Assembly: GCA_002449335.1 (NCBI GenBank)
Contig: DKDL01000101.1
Location: 7,910 to 71,909, forward strand
DNA: 64,000 bases
Direction: 5' to 3'
DNA from: Succinatimonas sp. UBA6849
GTDB taxonomy: Bacteria; Pseudomonadota; Gammaproteobacteria; Enterobacterales; Succinivibrionaceae
Position numbers and translations under genes: made by a program. The notes under the pieces are model-generated. The model was given only the letters and a program-made list of their open reading frames with translations, was not told the origin of the DNA and searched no databases. Of the stretch, positions 30,742 to 40,403 are shown piece after piece (the stretch's first letter is position 1; each line of letters begins with the position of its first letter).

Positions 30742-31151
30742 ATGTGCTACTCCAAATTTACCTATTTGAATCTATAAATTTAAATCTTTAAGATGTTTAA
30801 TCTTTTATCAATGTCTATATGAAAACATATATAAATCAAAAACAAAATACCTAAATTTATGTGTCATTAATGTTTGCACCAATAGTGAACATGTTTAATA
30901 AAAAACTCTTTTAAAATCAATTAACTAGAAAACATAGTAATTTACTATGTAATTTAATAAAAATTAAATTCCTATATGAATACTAGGTAATTAACCAGAG
31001 TTTTATAAATATACAAAATTATCGTAATGACACAATATATAAAATATTAGATATGTAAGCTAATTCTGTGTATAATGTAGCATTACGTTATTTTTCACTT
31101 TTATGCAAAATATCGTAAAATTAAATAAGTTTTATTTATTGAGTTTTATAT

Positions 31152-32060
31152 ATGGCAAACGAAGATCTGTTCCCGCTCAGCATGATAGACAATATCAGAG
31201 CACATCCTGAAAATTACCGTCTTTTAGAGAAGATCCCTCTCACTATTGAAGGTGTAGATACTCATTTTCCGATAAAACTTAATGAACCAGTACAGGGCGA
31301 GAAGTTATATTCAGTAGTTTTTCTTGATACTGAAACTACTGGTATGGATCCTGTTAAAAACAAGATCATTGAATTAGGTATGGTAAAGGCTACTTTCTCT
31401 CTAGAAAGAAAGCTTTTAATCTCCGTAGACCGCTACTATGATGAGTTTGAAGATCCTCATGAGGCAATTCCACCAGAGATTGTTGCTTTAACTCATATTA
31501 CCGATGAGATGGTAGCAGGAAGATGCTTTGATGATGAAATGGTTGCTAACTTCTTATCCGGTCGTCCTTTAATCGTAGCTCACAATGCAGCCTTTGACAG
31601 ACCTTTCTTTGAAAAGAGATTCTCTACATTAACCAATCTTTCATGGGCCTGCTCATTAAAAGAGGTTCCTTGGAAAGCCTTAGGTTTCCCTGGAGCAAAA
31701 TTAGAATATCTAAATACAGTTTTAGGCTATTTCTATGATGCTCACAGAGCGTATGTAGACTGTTTAGCTCTACTCTGGGTAATGTATGTAAGAAGTGATG
31801 CTTTTGGAGCTTTAGTTAAGAGTGCTTTAACTCCAAGCATTAAAGTAATCATTCAGGGTAATACCTTTAGTATCAATCAGGATTTAAAGAGACTTGAGTT
31901 CAGATTTGAGCCAAATACTAAAACCTGGGCACGTTTTGTATCAGATAAAGAACAGGCAGAGAAATTAAAATCAACACTTGAGACTACCTATAAAGAAGGT
32001 GCTGTTAATTTTTCAGTTGAATTTAAAGAATTCAATGCCAAAACCCGATATAAACGTTAG
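31152..32060 (+). CDS. DEDDh 3'-5' exonuclease (DnaQ-like)
   Basis: FLDTETTG, AHNAAFDR, HRAYVD motifs. Confidence 0.88.
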   Translation: MANEDLFPLSMIDNIRAHPENYRLLEKIPLTIEGVDTHFPIKLNEPVQGEKLYSVVFLDTETTGMDPVKNKIIELGMVKATFSLERKLLISVDRYYDEFEDPHEAIPPEIVALTHITDEMVAGRCFDDEMVANFLSGRPLIVAHNAAFDRPFFEKRFSTLTNLSWACSLKEVPWKALGFPGAKLEYLNTVLGYFYDAHRAYVDCLALLWVMYVRSDAFGALVKSALTPSIKVIIQGNTFSINQDLKRLEFRFEPNTKTWARFVSDKEQAEKLKSTLETTYKEGAVNFSVEFKEFNAKTRYKR

Positions 32061-32138
32061 CTGCTATTAACGCAGTGCAAAAGTATAAACAAAGATAATT
32101 TGGACTAAAAAGATTATTTTGACATAGAGGTTAGCTAT

Positions 32139-32582
32139 ATGAACCTTCTTGTAAAGAAGGGAACATCCTTTTTAAAAGAATTCCAGAACTTTGCTGTAAA
32201 AGGTAATGTAATGGACATGGCAATCGGTGTGGTTATCGGTACTGCATTTGGCAAAATCGTGTCATCTTTAGTTGCTGATATCATCATGCCAGTAATCGGT
32301 CTATTTGTAGGTAGCATTGATTTAAAAGATCTTGCATTCACTTTAAAAGATAAGACTGATGATGCTCCTGGTATCGTTCTGACTTATGGTGTGTTCTTGC
32401 AGAACGTCTTAGACTTTATCATCGTAGCTTTTGCTATCTTTATCTGCATTAAGATCATCATCAACTTAAAGCACAAAGTATTAAAGGATGAGTCAGATGA
32501 AAATGCTGCAGCACCCGAGCCTGAGAATATTGTGTTATTAAGAGAAATCCGTGATCTCTTAAAAGAGAAAAATCAGAAGTAA
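32139..32582 (+). CDS. mscL: Large-conductance mechanosensitive channel
   Basis: [40 protein letters not shown]. Confidence 0.97.
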   Translation: MNLLVKKGTSFLKEFQNFAVKGNVMDMAIGVVIGTAFGKIVSSLVADIIMPVIGLFVGSIDLKDLAFTLKDKTDDAPGIVLTYGVFLQNVLDFIIVAFAIFICIKIIINLKHKVLKDESDENAAAPEPENIVLLREIRDLLKEKNQK

Positions 32583-32600
32583 ATTTTGATTGTGTCTTTG

Positions 32601-32636
32601 GAGCTCAGCATCATAAGTAGATCCTGAGCTCTTTTT
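32601..32636 (+). terminator. Terminator after mscL
   Basis: GAGCTCAG...CTGAGCTC followed by T-run. Confidence 0.6.
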
Positions 32637-32729
32637 ATTTGTGCTGTATGTGTCCTAGAATAGGTGAACTCCTTTTGAGACCTTGCTATGTTATTGAATG
32701 TACCTAGCTACAATTATGCAGCACAAATT

Positions 32730-32757
32730 AAAAAGCTCAGATTTTACTCTGAGCTTT
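32730..32757 (-). terminator. Terminator after PP2C-like gene
   Basis: AAAAAGCTCAGA-ttttac-TCTGAGCTTT. Confidence 0.7.
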
Positions 32758-32777
32758 CTTATAAGAACTTATGTTAG

Positions 32778-34715
32778 CTAGTCATCGAACTCTTTATTGA
32801 TAGCGTTCTTCTTGATGACAATGCCACATACATCTAAGTCATTATCAGCTTCTTCACTAAACTCTTTGCTGTCTTTATAAAGAGCAATTAACTGATCATA
32901 AGCACTCTTCTCGCCGTTCTTTTCAGAGATTTCTATTACTCTTTCAAGACCAAAGTGCTCTTTATCTTTGTTAATTACATCTTTGATGCCGGCTCCTGCA
33001 AAAATCATACTGTCAAGATATGTAAATTTGCCTTTTGAGTTTACATAGGTAATTAGCTTATCTGAGCATAACTCTAACTGAGTCTCTATAGGTTCTACTG
33101 ACTGACCTTTATGCTCGTGTACAACGATAGGTGATCTTAAACCTGCCTGTGAGAAAATAAAGTTGCCAGTGTACTCACTTAAGATCATGGCAAAAATTGA
33201 GATGGTAAAGTTCTCTCGTTTCTTTTGCATCAGAATGTGATTTAAGTCAGTGATAGTCTCACCAGGTAATTTATTGTCCTCTGTAAAAGACTTTCTGATA
33301 AAGCTTGTGCACAGAGTAATAGCATTGGTTGCTGCAATGCCGCTCTTTGAACATGCACCAAAGACAATACCGATATTATCTTTATCTACTCTAAAGACAT
33401 CATAGAAATCTGATGGTTTCTTCTTAGAAGGCATAATGAAAGATGCAATATCCAAGAACTTGGATGCAGGCATATCAGAACCGTCAGGCATCAGATCTTT
33501 GTGTACATCACTTACCATGGTGTAGATTGCATTCTCTGTTGCCTCAAGAGTTTCTTTCTTGGCTTTATCCTCGATTTCCTGTTCTTTTGAAGCTACGTTC
33601 TCACAGATTGAACGGCCTAATGAATTTAATGATTCGGTCAGTTTCTTGAGTTTTACATAGTTCTGCTTGCTAGGATCGATCTTTTCGGTGATTTCATCCA
33701 TCTTAGCTTTTCCTGAGAGCACATTAGCTGCCATTACATCTACGTTGTTGGTAATAGCATTTAATGAGCTTGAAATCTTTTCTAAAGATTTTAAGAATCC
33801 AAAAATGAGTAATGAAGCTAACAGGGCACTTAGGATTAAGATAATGAAGTTGAAGTAAACTACAGGCTTGATGATGGTGCCTTTAATAGTTTCTACAACT
33901 ACATATACATCATAGTCTTTGATGTACTTAATTGTGCAGAGCTTTTCTCTGTCATCATTATTAGAAAGCTCTGTTTGCAGTTCATTTACTTTTGCATCTT
34001 TATAGAATGATGCTGGAATATCTTCAGCTTTGAATTTATTGTCACTTGAAGCTACAACTTTAAAGCTGTCATCTACAACAGTAATTTTCGAATTACCGTC
34101 TTTTACAATATCGTTTAAAGAGATCTTTGAAATAGCATCTTTAAATGAGAGGGGGGTAAAGATCTGATTAGGCTGTAACTTTTCGGTATAGAGGTAATTC
34201 TTGTCATTGACGTTTTCAATCTTATAGCCTACAAATTTCTTGCCTTCTGATAACTTACACCAGTAGTTATCAAGTTTTACACCATTCTGTTTTAATGAGT
34301 CTTTTACACCGTCTTCAAAAGACTTTGGAATATTCAAGATAGCCATACAGTTATCAGAATCTGGTAATTCAACAGAGGTTTCAAATAACTGATTGGTTGC
34401 ATTTGACTGGGCAAAATAAGTGAAAGTAGCAAAGTCTAAAAGATCTTGCTTGTCGTATGTCTGGTGAAACTTTTCTAAAGCTTCATATTGGACATTAGAA
34501 ATACTGTTGATGAAGTTAAGTTTTTCTTTTTCAATATTTGAAGTAGCATAGTTCTCTAAAGATGAACTTAGGATGCCTAAAACCTCATCATGATTCTCAA
34601 ACTGTGTCTTTATTGCATTATCGTATATAGCAGTCTGATTATATAAACATAGTGCTGAGGCCAGTACTGTAAAGCCACCAGCTAAAGAAACGATTAATTT
34701 ATGCTTAAGTTTCAT
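32778..34715 (-). CDS. Membrane sensor with degenerate SpoIIE/PP2C-like phosphatase domain
   Basis: Two TM segments flanking a periplasmic domain; C-terminal PS....SDFYDVF, FG.ER patterns of the RsbU family; ATG 34715 preferred. Confidence 0.7.
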   Translation of the reverse strand: MKLKHKLIVSLAGGFTVLASALCLYNQTAIYDNAIKTQFENHDEVLGILSSSLENYATSNIEKEKLNFINSISNVQYEALEKFHQTYDKQDLLDFATFTYFAQSNATNQLFETSVELPDSDNCMAILNIPKSFEDGVKDSLKQNGVKLDNYWCKLSEGKKFVGYKIENVNDKNYLYTEKLQPNQIFTPLSFKDAISKISLNDIVKDGNSKITVVDDSFKVVASSDNKFKAEDIPASFYKDAKVNELQTELSNNDDREKLCTIKYIKDYDVYVVVETIKGTIIKPVVYFNFIILILSALLASLLIFGFLKSLEKISSSLNAITNNVDVMAANVLSGKAKMDEITEKIDPSKQNYVKLKKLTESLNSLGRSICENVASKEQEIEDKAKKETLEATENAIYTMVSDVHKDLMPDGSDMPASKFLDIASFIMPSKKKPSDFYDVFRVDKDNIGIVFGACSKSGIAATNAITLCTSFIRKSFTEDNKLPGETITDLNHILMQKKRENFTISIFAMILSEYTGNFIFSQAGLRSPIVVHEHKGQSVEPIETQLELCSDKLITYVNSKGKFTYLDSMIFAGAGIKDVINKDKEHFGLERVIEISEKNGEKSAYDQLIALYKDSKEFSEEADNDLDVCGIVIKKNAINKEFDD

Positions 34716-34826
34716 AGTTGACCTATGTGTATTTATTTGCAAGCAAATGCTTGATGTAATCAGTCAACACTCAATAGGTAAATTGAGAGTCAACAAAACA
34801 TCATTATTTATAATATTCTGTTTTTT

Positions 34827-34842
34827 AGCAAAAGCCGTGCCG
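34827..34842 (-). promoter_or_regulatory. Putative sigma-54 (-24/-12) promoter of PP2C-like gene
   Basis: Minus strand CGGCACGGCTTTTGCT fits TGGCACG-N4-TTGC(A/T) with correct GG-N10-GC spacing. Confidence 0.7.
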
Positions 34843-35198
34843 CTTTGTTAACCAATGTTAACATTTGCTAAAGTGGACTTTAGCCACATCTTCCTAAAGG
34901 CAAAAAATAGCACAATAAACAGAGTTTTTAATTGTATCTTCTATAGATTGAATTATAGCTGTAAATCGCTACTAGATTAAAGATTTAAAAAGACTTTTTT
35001 TGTTTTTGTGTGATAGGTTTACTTAATTTTTGAATTTTATGTTTATCTTCACAGAGCATGTGATGTTCTTTTTTTATCTTCATCTCAAGATAGTAAAAGC
35101 TGTTGGAACTTTCATATGAGAATTAGGTCTAAATTTTTGGAAATTTAGACTTTATGGCATAAAATATCGTCACAATAAAATTTAAGCAAAATACAGTT

Positions 35199-35939
35199 AT
35201 GGAAGATATATCTAATAAATTAACCATCAAAGACAGATTCAGAGGTTTCTTACCTGTAGTAGTAGATGTAGAAACAGCAGGTTTAGATCCTAAAAAGAGT
35301 GCTTTGATTGAAGTTGCGATGATGACCGTTAAGATTGATGAAAAAGGTCAGTTTGTACCCGACGAAATCTTTAGCGCTAATATCAGACCTTTTGAAGGCT
35401 CTGAGATTTGTCAAAAGAATATTGATTTTTTACATATTGATCCTTTTGATGAAAGCAGAAATCTTGTGACAGAGTCAGATGCTTTGTTACCTATGTTCAA
35501 AGCTATTAAGAAGAAGCTAAAAGAACAGGGCTGTAAGAGAGCAATTTTAGTAGGTCATAATGCACATTTTGACCACTCATTTATCTTTGCAGCAATTGAG
35601 AGATTAAAAGCTGCTTCAAAATCACCATTCCATCCATTCTCTGTTATTGATACGGCATCCTTATCAATGCTGGTTTTAGGTCAGAGCGTGTTGCAAAAAG
35701 CCTGCTATGCGGCTAAAGTCGATTTTGATCAGAACTGTGCTCATGGCGCAGCTTATGACACTTTAAAGGAAACAGAATTATTCTGTGCTATCTTAAATAG
35801 ATTTACTAAATTCTGCGGTATGCCAGAGCCTGTAGACATTGAGATTGATTACAATAACTCTAATATCAAAGAAAGCTCAGATGTCAGTGCAGATAATCAG
35901 GATTCAAAGAGTGACAGTTCTGATAATAGTGGCAAATAG
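35199..35939 (+). CDS. rnt: Ribonuclease T
   Basis: RFRGFLPVVVDVETAG, LVGHNAHFD, PFHPFS..DT, AH.A.YDT..TELFC. Confidence 0.95.
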   Translation: MEDISNKLTIKDRFRGFLPVVVDVETAGLDPKKSALIEVAMMTVKIDEKGQFVPDEIFSANIRPFEGSEICQKNIDFLHIDPFDESRNLVTESDALLPMFKAIKKKLKEQGCKRAILVGHNAHFDHSFIFAAIERLKAASKSPFHPFSVIDTASLSMLVLGQSVLQKACYAAKVDFDQNCAHGAAYDTLKETELFCAILNRFTKFCGMPEPVDIEIDYNNSNIKESSDVSADNQDSKSDSSDNSGK

Positions 35940-35973
35940 CTAAGATTTACAGGTAGTATTTGAAGATTATTTG

Positions 35974-36378
35974 ATGAAGTTTCTAAGATACTTTTATTTA
36001 ATTGTAACAGCTTTTGTTTTAAGCAATTTTGCTTTGGTATGTAATGCAAATGAGCATGAGCACCCGCTTACACCAGAGCATATGCCAAAGCCAGCACCTC
36101 CTAACACTATAGCTGGCCTTAAAAAGGCTGCAAAAGCAGGTGACTATGCCTTATTAAGAGGGCAGTTTGTCAGAAAGTTTGAAGATGATATTTTTGAATT
36201 TGCTGATGAGTCCCAAAAGGCAATCTTTGTAACTTTTGAAGGTGTAAAGGTGCCATCAGATCTTAGCTTTGGTTATGAGTATTTTCTATGGGGACAGGTA
36301 CTTGAAAATGACAAGTCTACAGTATTGCAGGCTTTGTTTTTGTCTCCAAAAATGTTCACTAAAGAACACAATTACTAG
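35974..36378 (+). CDS. Secreted OB-fold protein (YgiW/YdeI-like)
   Basis: Signal peptide; T.....A......L.G.....DD.FEF.D pattern of bacterial OB-fold proteins. Confidence 0.5.
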   Translation: MKFLRYFYLIVTAFVLSNFALVCNANEHEHPLTPEHMPKPAPPNTIAGLKKAAKAGDYALLRGQFVRKFEDDIFEFADESQKAIFVTFEGVKVPSDLSFGYEYFLWGQVLENDKSTVLQALFLSPKMFTKEHNY

Positions 36379-36468
36379 TTCTAATGTCTTTTAACAGTGC
36401 TTATTGTTAAAAGCATACAAAGTTTTTACGTAAAGTTTTAGATAAGAACTCATAAAAAAGGAGTTTAT

Positions 36469-37377
36469 ATGAAGTTTTTTGTAACAGGTGTTAACGGTCA
36501 GCTCGGTCACGATGTCATGAATGAGTTGCATTCAAGAGGACATGAAGGTGTAGGCTCTGACATTCAGGACGTATATTCAGGTGTAGCTGATGGCACTGCT
36601 GTTACGACAATGCCTTATGTAAAACTTGATATTACTGACGCTAATGCAGTTCATGAGGTGCTCTCAAAGGTAAAGCCTGATGCTGTAATTCACTGTGCTG
36701 CCTGGACTGCTGTTGATTTAGCTGAAGAAAAAGAAGACTTGGTTAGAAAGGTTAATGTAGACGGTACAGCTAATATTGCTAAAGTCTGCAAAGAACTAGA
36801 CAGCAAGATGTTATACCTATCAACAGACTACGTGTTCAATGGCTTAGGTGATAAACCATGGGAGCCTGACTGCAAGGATTATGCTCCTTTAAATGTTTAC
36901 GGTCAGTCAAAGTTAGATGGTGAGCTAGCTGTATCTGGTGCCTTAAAGAAGTATTTCATTGTTAGAATTGCCTGGGTATTTGGTGTTAATGGCAAGAACT
37001 TCATCAAGACCATGATTAACGTAGGTAAGACCCATGACACCGTAAAAGTTGTTAATGATCAGATTGGTACTCCTACATATACCTTAGATTTAGCAAGATT
37101 ATTAGTTGATATGTGTGAGACCGAAAAATATGGTTACTATCATGCAACTAATGAAGGTGGTTACATTTCATGGTATGACTTCTGTGTTGAATTCTATAAG
37201 CAATATGGATTAAAGACCAAAGTTATCCCTGTAACAACAGCTGAATACGGTCTGTCTAAGGCAAAGCGACCATTCAATTCTCGTTTAGATAAGTCAAAGT
37301 TGGTTAAAAACGGCTTCAAACCATTACCAACATGGCAGGATGCCGTAAAGAGATATTTAGCTCAAGCTAAGATCTAA
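36469..37377 (+). CDS. rfbD: dTDP-4-dehydrorhamnose reductase
   Basis: TGVNGQLG, HCAAWTAVD, STDYVF, YGQSKLDGE, DQIGTPT. Confidence 0.95.
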   Translation: MKFFVTGVNGQLGHDVMNELHSRGHEGVGSDIQDVYSGVADGTAVTTMPYVKLDITDANAVHEVLSKVKPDAVIHCAAWTAVDLAEEKEDLVRKVNVDGTANIAKVCKELDSKMLYLSTDYVFNGLGDKPWEPDCKDYAPLNVYGQSKLDGELAVSGALKKYFIVRIAWVFGVNGKNFIKTMINVGKTHDTVKVVNDQIGTPTYTLDLARLLVDMCETEKYGYYHATNEGGYISWYDFCVEFYKQYGLKTKVIPVTTAEYGLSKAKRPFNSRLDKSKLVKNGFKPLPTWQDAVKRYLAQAKI

Positions 37378-37520
37378 GCTCTTATTCTCATCTAAATTTC
37401 TTTTTATGTCCTGTTAAGTGGATCTTAATAGGGCATAAATATCCTGTTTTCATTAACTTACTGTCAAAAAAGCAAATTTTGTTAAAATAGTCACATCTTT
37501 TAACAAATGTTGGTTTAATT

Positions 37521-38999
37521 ATGTTTACAACTACAACTACTTTTATCGTCTACATTTTTGCCATGGTTGTCATCGGCATTGTAGCCGCTCGCTCTACATC
37601 TTCATTAAATGATTATGTATTAGGCGGACGTAGATTAGGTCGTGTGATCACCGGTCTTTCTGCCGGTGCATCAGATATGTCTGGCTGGCTTTTAATGGGC
37701 TTGCCTGGAGCGTTATTCGTATCTGGTATCAGCCAGGCATGGATTGCAATTGGTCTTACCGTAGGTCAATGGTGTAACTGGAAATTCGTAGCAGCACGTT
37801 TACGTTCTTTCACTCAGAATGCTTCAGATGCTCTAACTTTACCTGATTACTTTGCTGCAAGATTCAAAGATAAGTTACGCTTAACTGCAGTTATCGCTGC
37901 TTTCATTATCTTAATCTTCTCTGTAGTTTACTGTTCATCTGGAATGGTATCAGGTGCTAGATTATTCCAGCAGACCTTTGGTATGGATTATGAGAATGCC
38001 TTACTGATTGGTGCAGTATCCACTATTCTTTACGTATGTATCGGTGGTTTCTTAGCTGTAAGTTGGACTGACGCGGTTCAGGCATCTTTAATGATCTTTG
38101 CTTTAGTTATCACTCCTATCATCATTATCTTAGATGTAGGCTCATTTTCAGAGGCTAATGAGTTAGTAGCTCAGAAAGGTCCTGATATGGCTAATATGTT
38201 AAAGGGTACTACCATCATCGGTCTTATCTCTTTAGCAGGTTGGGGCTTAGGTTATGTAGGTCAGCCTCATATTCTGGTTCGTTTCATGGCAGCTGCTACT
38301 GTTCGCGGTATGGGCGGTGCACGTAGAATCAGTATCAGCTGGATGATCTTCTGTCTTTTAGGAGCTGTAGCAGTAGGTTACTATGGAGTAGCTTTTGCAG
38401 CAAAACATCCAGAGCTTACAGTTGATAACCCAGAGCAGATCTTCATTATCGTAACTCAGACATTATTTACTCCATGGATTGCAGGTATCCTGTTATCAGC
38501 AATTTTAGCTGCAATTATGAGTACTTTATCTTGCCAGTTACTTGTAGCTTCAACAACTTTAACTGCTGACTTCTATCGCCGAGTTGTAAGACCTCATGCT
38601 TCACAGACAGAGTTGGTTTGGATTGGCAGATTCATGCTGTTATTAGTAGCAGCCATTGCTTATATCATTGCTTTAGATCCTAATTCAGGCATCTTAAAGT
38701 TAGTTTCATATGCATGGGCAGGCTTTGGTGCAGCTTTCGGTCCTACTGTTGTAATCTCTGTATTCTGGAAGAAGATGACCTTAAAGGGCGCAATTTGGGG
38801 TATGATTGCAGGTGCTGTTACCGTAATCGTATGGGAAATTGGTCAGTTCTTTGACTTATACTCATTAGTACCAGGTTTCATCATTTCTTCAGCTGTTATC
38901 TTTGTTGTAAGTCTCTTCACACAAAAGGGTAACGAAGAGGTTGAAACACTGTATAATGATCTTGAACGTAAGTTCTGGGAAGAAGTTAAAGATCGTTAA
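37521..38999 (+). CDS. putP: Sodium/proline symporter
   Basis: DYVLGGR, SAGASDMSGWLLMGLPG, WGLGY.GQPHIL.RFM, YAWAGFGAAFGP. Confidence 0.95.
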   Translation: MFTTTTTFIVYIFAMVVIGIVAARSTSSLNDYVLGGRRLGRVITGLSAGASDMSGWLLMGLPGALFVSGISQAWIAIGLTVGQWCNWKFVAARLRSFTQNASDALTLPDYFAARFKDKLRLTAVIAAFIILIFSVVYCSSGMVSGARLFQQTFGMDYENALLIGAVSTILYVCIGGFLAVSWTDAVQASLMIFALVITPIIIILDVGSFSEANELVAQKGPDMANMLKGTTIIGLISLAGWGLGYVGQPHILVRFMAAATVRGMGGARRISISWMIFCLLGAVAVGYYGVAFAAKHPELTVDNPEQIFIIVTQTLFTPWIAGILLSAILAAIMSTLSCQLLVASTTLTADFYRRVVRPHASQTELVWIGRFMLLLVAAIAYIIALDPNSGILKLVSYAWAGFGAAFGPTVVISVFWKKMTLKGAIWGMIAGAVTVIVWEIGQFFDLYSLVPGFIISSAVIFVVSLFTQKGNEEVETLYNDLERKFWEEVKDR

Positions 39000-39028
39000 G
39001 CTTTAAGCTATTTAAATAGGAGAAAGAC

Positions 39029-39670
39029 TTGAAAAACCTTCCACCTAATGTGTATATGCAGTCCTACCTCCAAAAGGCAGGAGTACGTTTTAACATTAAC
39101 GTGGTGGATACCATGTGTAAAAAAGGTTTCGGTCTTTCTTTCTATGTATTCTGCATCCTATTCATTTTGTTGTCTGTAATTTACTTTACAGACAATATCT
39201 GTATCTTTCCTGATAAAGGTCATTTCTACTTTTTATCAATTTTGGTTATTTTGTATCTTGCTTTGTACGTTGTAAGAGTCGTTCGTTTTAGAATGATAAG
39301 AGCAAAGTTAAGAGAAGATAATGATCCTATTGTGGTAGAGGCATACGCAATTGTGCTCTTTGATTTGAGCTCACAGAATTCTGAGAAGATTGTAAAGCCT
39401 AAAAAATCTGCAATTCTATATAAAGAGTGTGGCAGTAAGAAACCAAGATTCTTCACAGGTGTTGTCAAGAATAAGATTGAACACCACTATTATAAAGATC
39501 AGATTGCTAGGGTATTTATTGATAGAAAACATCCACGTTTCTATTCAGTTGATGACGACAAGTTCTATAAGACAGTATCAGAGAAACTTCCTCAAGAACA
39601 GGCTAAGTACGCAATCTCAGCCTTAGAAGGAAAGTTAAATTCTGTATCTGTAAAAAAGGAAAAACAGTAA
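39029..39670 (+). CDS. Hypothetical membrane protein
   Basis: Two hydrophobic helices then a basic domain; TTG start with AGGAG SD. Confidence 0.6.
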   Translation: MKNLPPNVYMQSYLQKAGVRFNINVVDTMCKKGFGLSFYVFCILFILLSVIYFTDNICIFPDKGHFYFLSILVILYLALYVVRVVRFRMIRAKLREDNDPIVVEAYAIVLFDLSSQNSEKIVKPKKSAILYKECGSKKPRFFTGVVKNKIEHHYYKDQIARVFIDRKHPRFYSVDDDKFYKTVSEKLPQEQAKYAISALEGKLNSVSVKKEKQ

Positions 39671-39749
39671 GTAAGGAAAACTTGGAAATTAGAGTTTTGG
39701 TAACACAGCTTAAGCATTAATGCTTACGTATTAAAGGAATGTTGCAGCT

Positions 39750-40403
39750 CTATTTCTTCCAGTCAACTACAGTCATCGCCTTAATATCATCAGACTCAAG
39801 TAAGATCTTATTTGGGTTAACAGCAAAGCGGTGATCGCACATCATCAGCATTGGCACGTCATTTACAGTATCACCATAGCCATAAGAATCCTCAAGAGAC
39901 AGGTTATGCTCCTTTAAAAACATGTTGATTCTAGTGACTTTGTCTTTTTGAAAGGCTGGAATGCCACAAATCTCACCTGTCAGCACACCATCTTTCTTCT
40001 CCATAGGAGAGGCAATAACATATTTGATATCAAGTTGCTCTGCTATGTGTTCTGCTAAATAATCCATAGTAGAGGTTACGATAACCACAGTATCGTGTCT
40101 GTCGTTATGAAATTTAATCGCTCTTTTGGCGCCTGGATAAACAACCGGAATGATAGTTGTTTTTACAATGTCATGTAAGATCTTGTAGAGTTTGTCTTTA
40201 TTCATACCTACAAGAGGTTTTACAGCAAATTTTAAGAAGTCGCTAACATTCAGAGTGCCTTCATAAAACTGCTGTTCAAATGAGTTTAATGCACTGATGA
40301 TGCTCTTGTCAGCAATACCTCTTTTGACAAATTCACCAATACTGATGTCATTGGTATCGCCACCCACAATAGTGCCATCCATGTCAAAAAAAGCTACGCT
40401 CAT
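39750..40403 (-). CDS. HAD-IB family hydrolase
   Basis: FFDMDGT, YGDTVND..ML...AVNP. Confidence 0.9.
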   Translation of the reverse strand: MSVAFFDMDGTIVGGDTNDISIGEFVKRGIADKSIISALNSFEQQFYEGTLNVSDFLKFAVKPLVGMNKDKLYKILHDIVKTTIIPVVYPGAKRAIKFHNDRHDTVVIVTSTMDYLAEHIAEQLDIKYVIASPMEKKDGVLTGEICGIPAFQKDKVTRINMFLKEHNLSLEDSYGYGDTVNDVPMLMMCDHRFAVNPNKILLESDDIKAMTVVDWKK

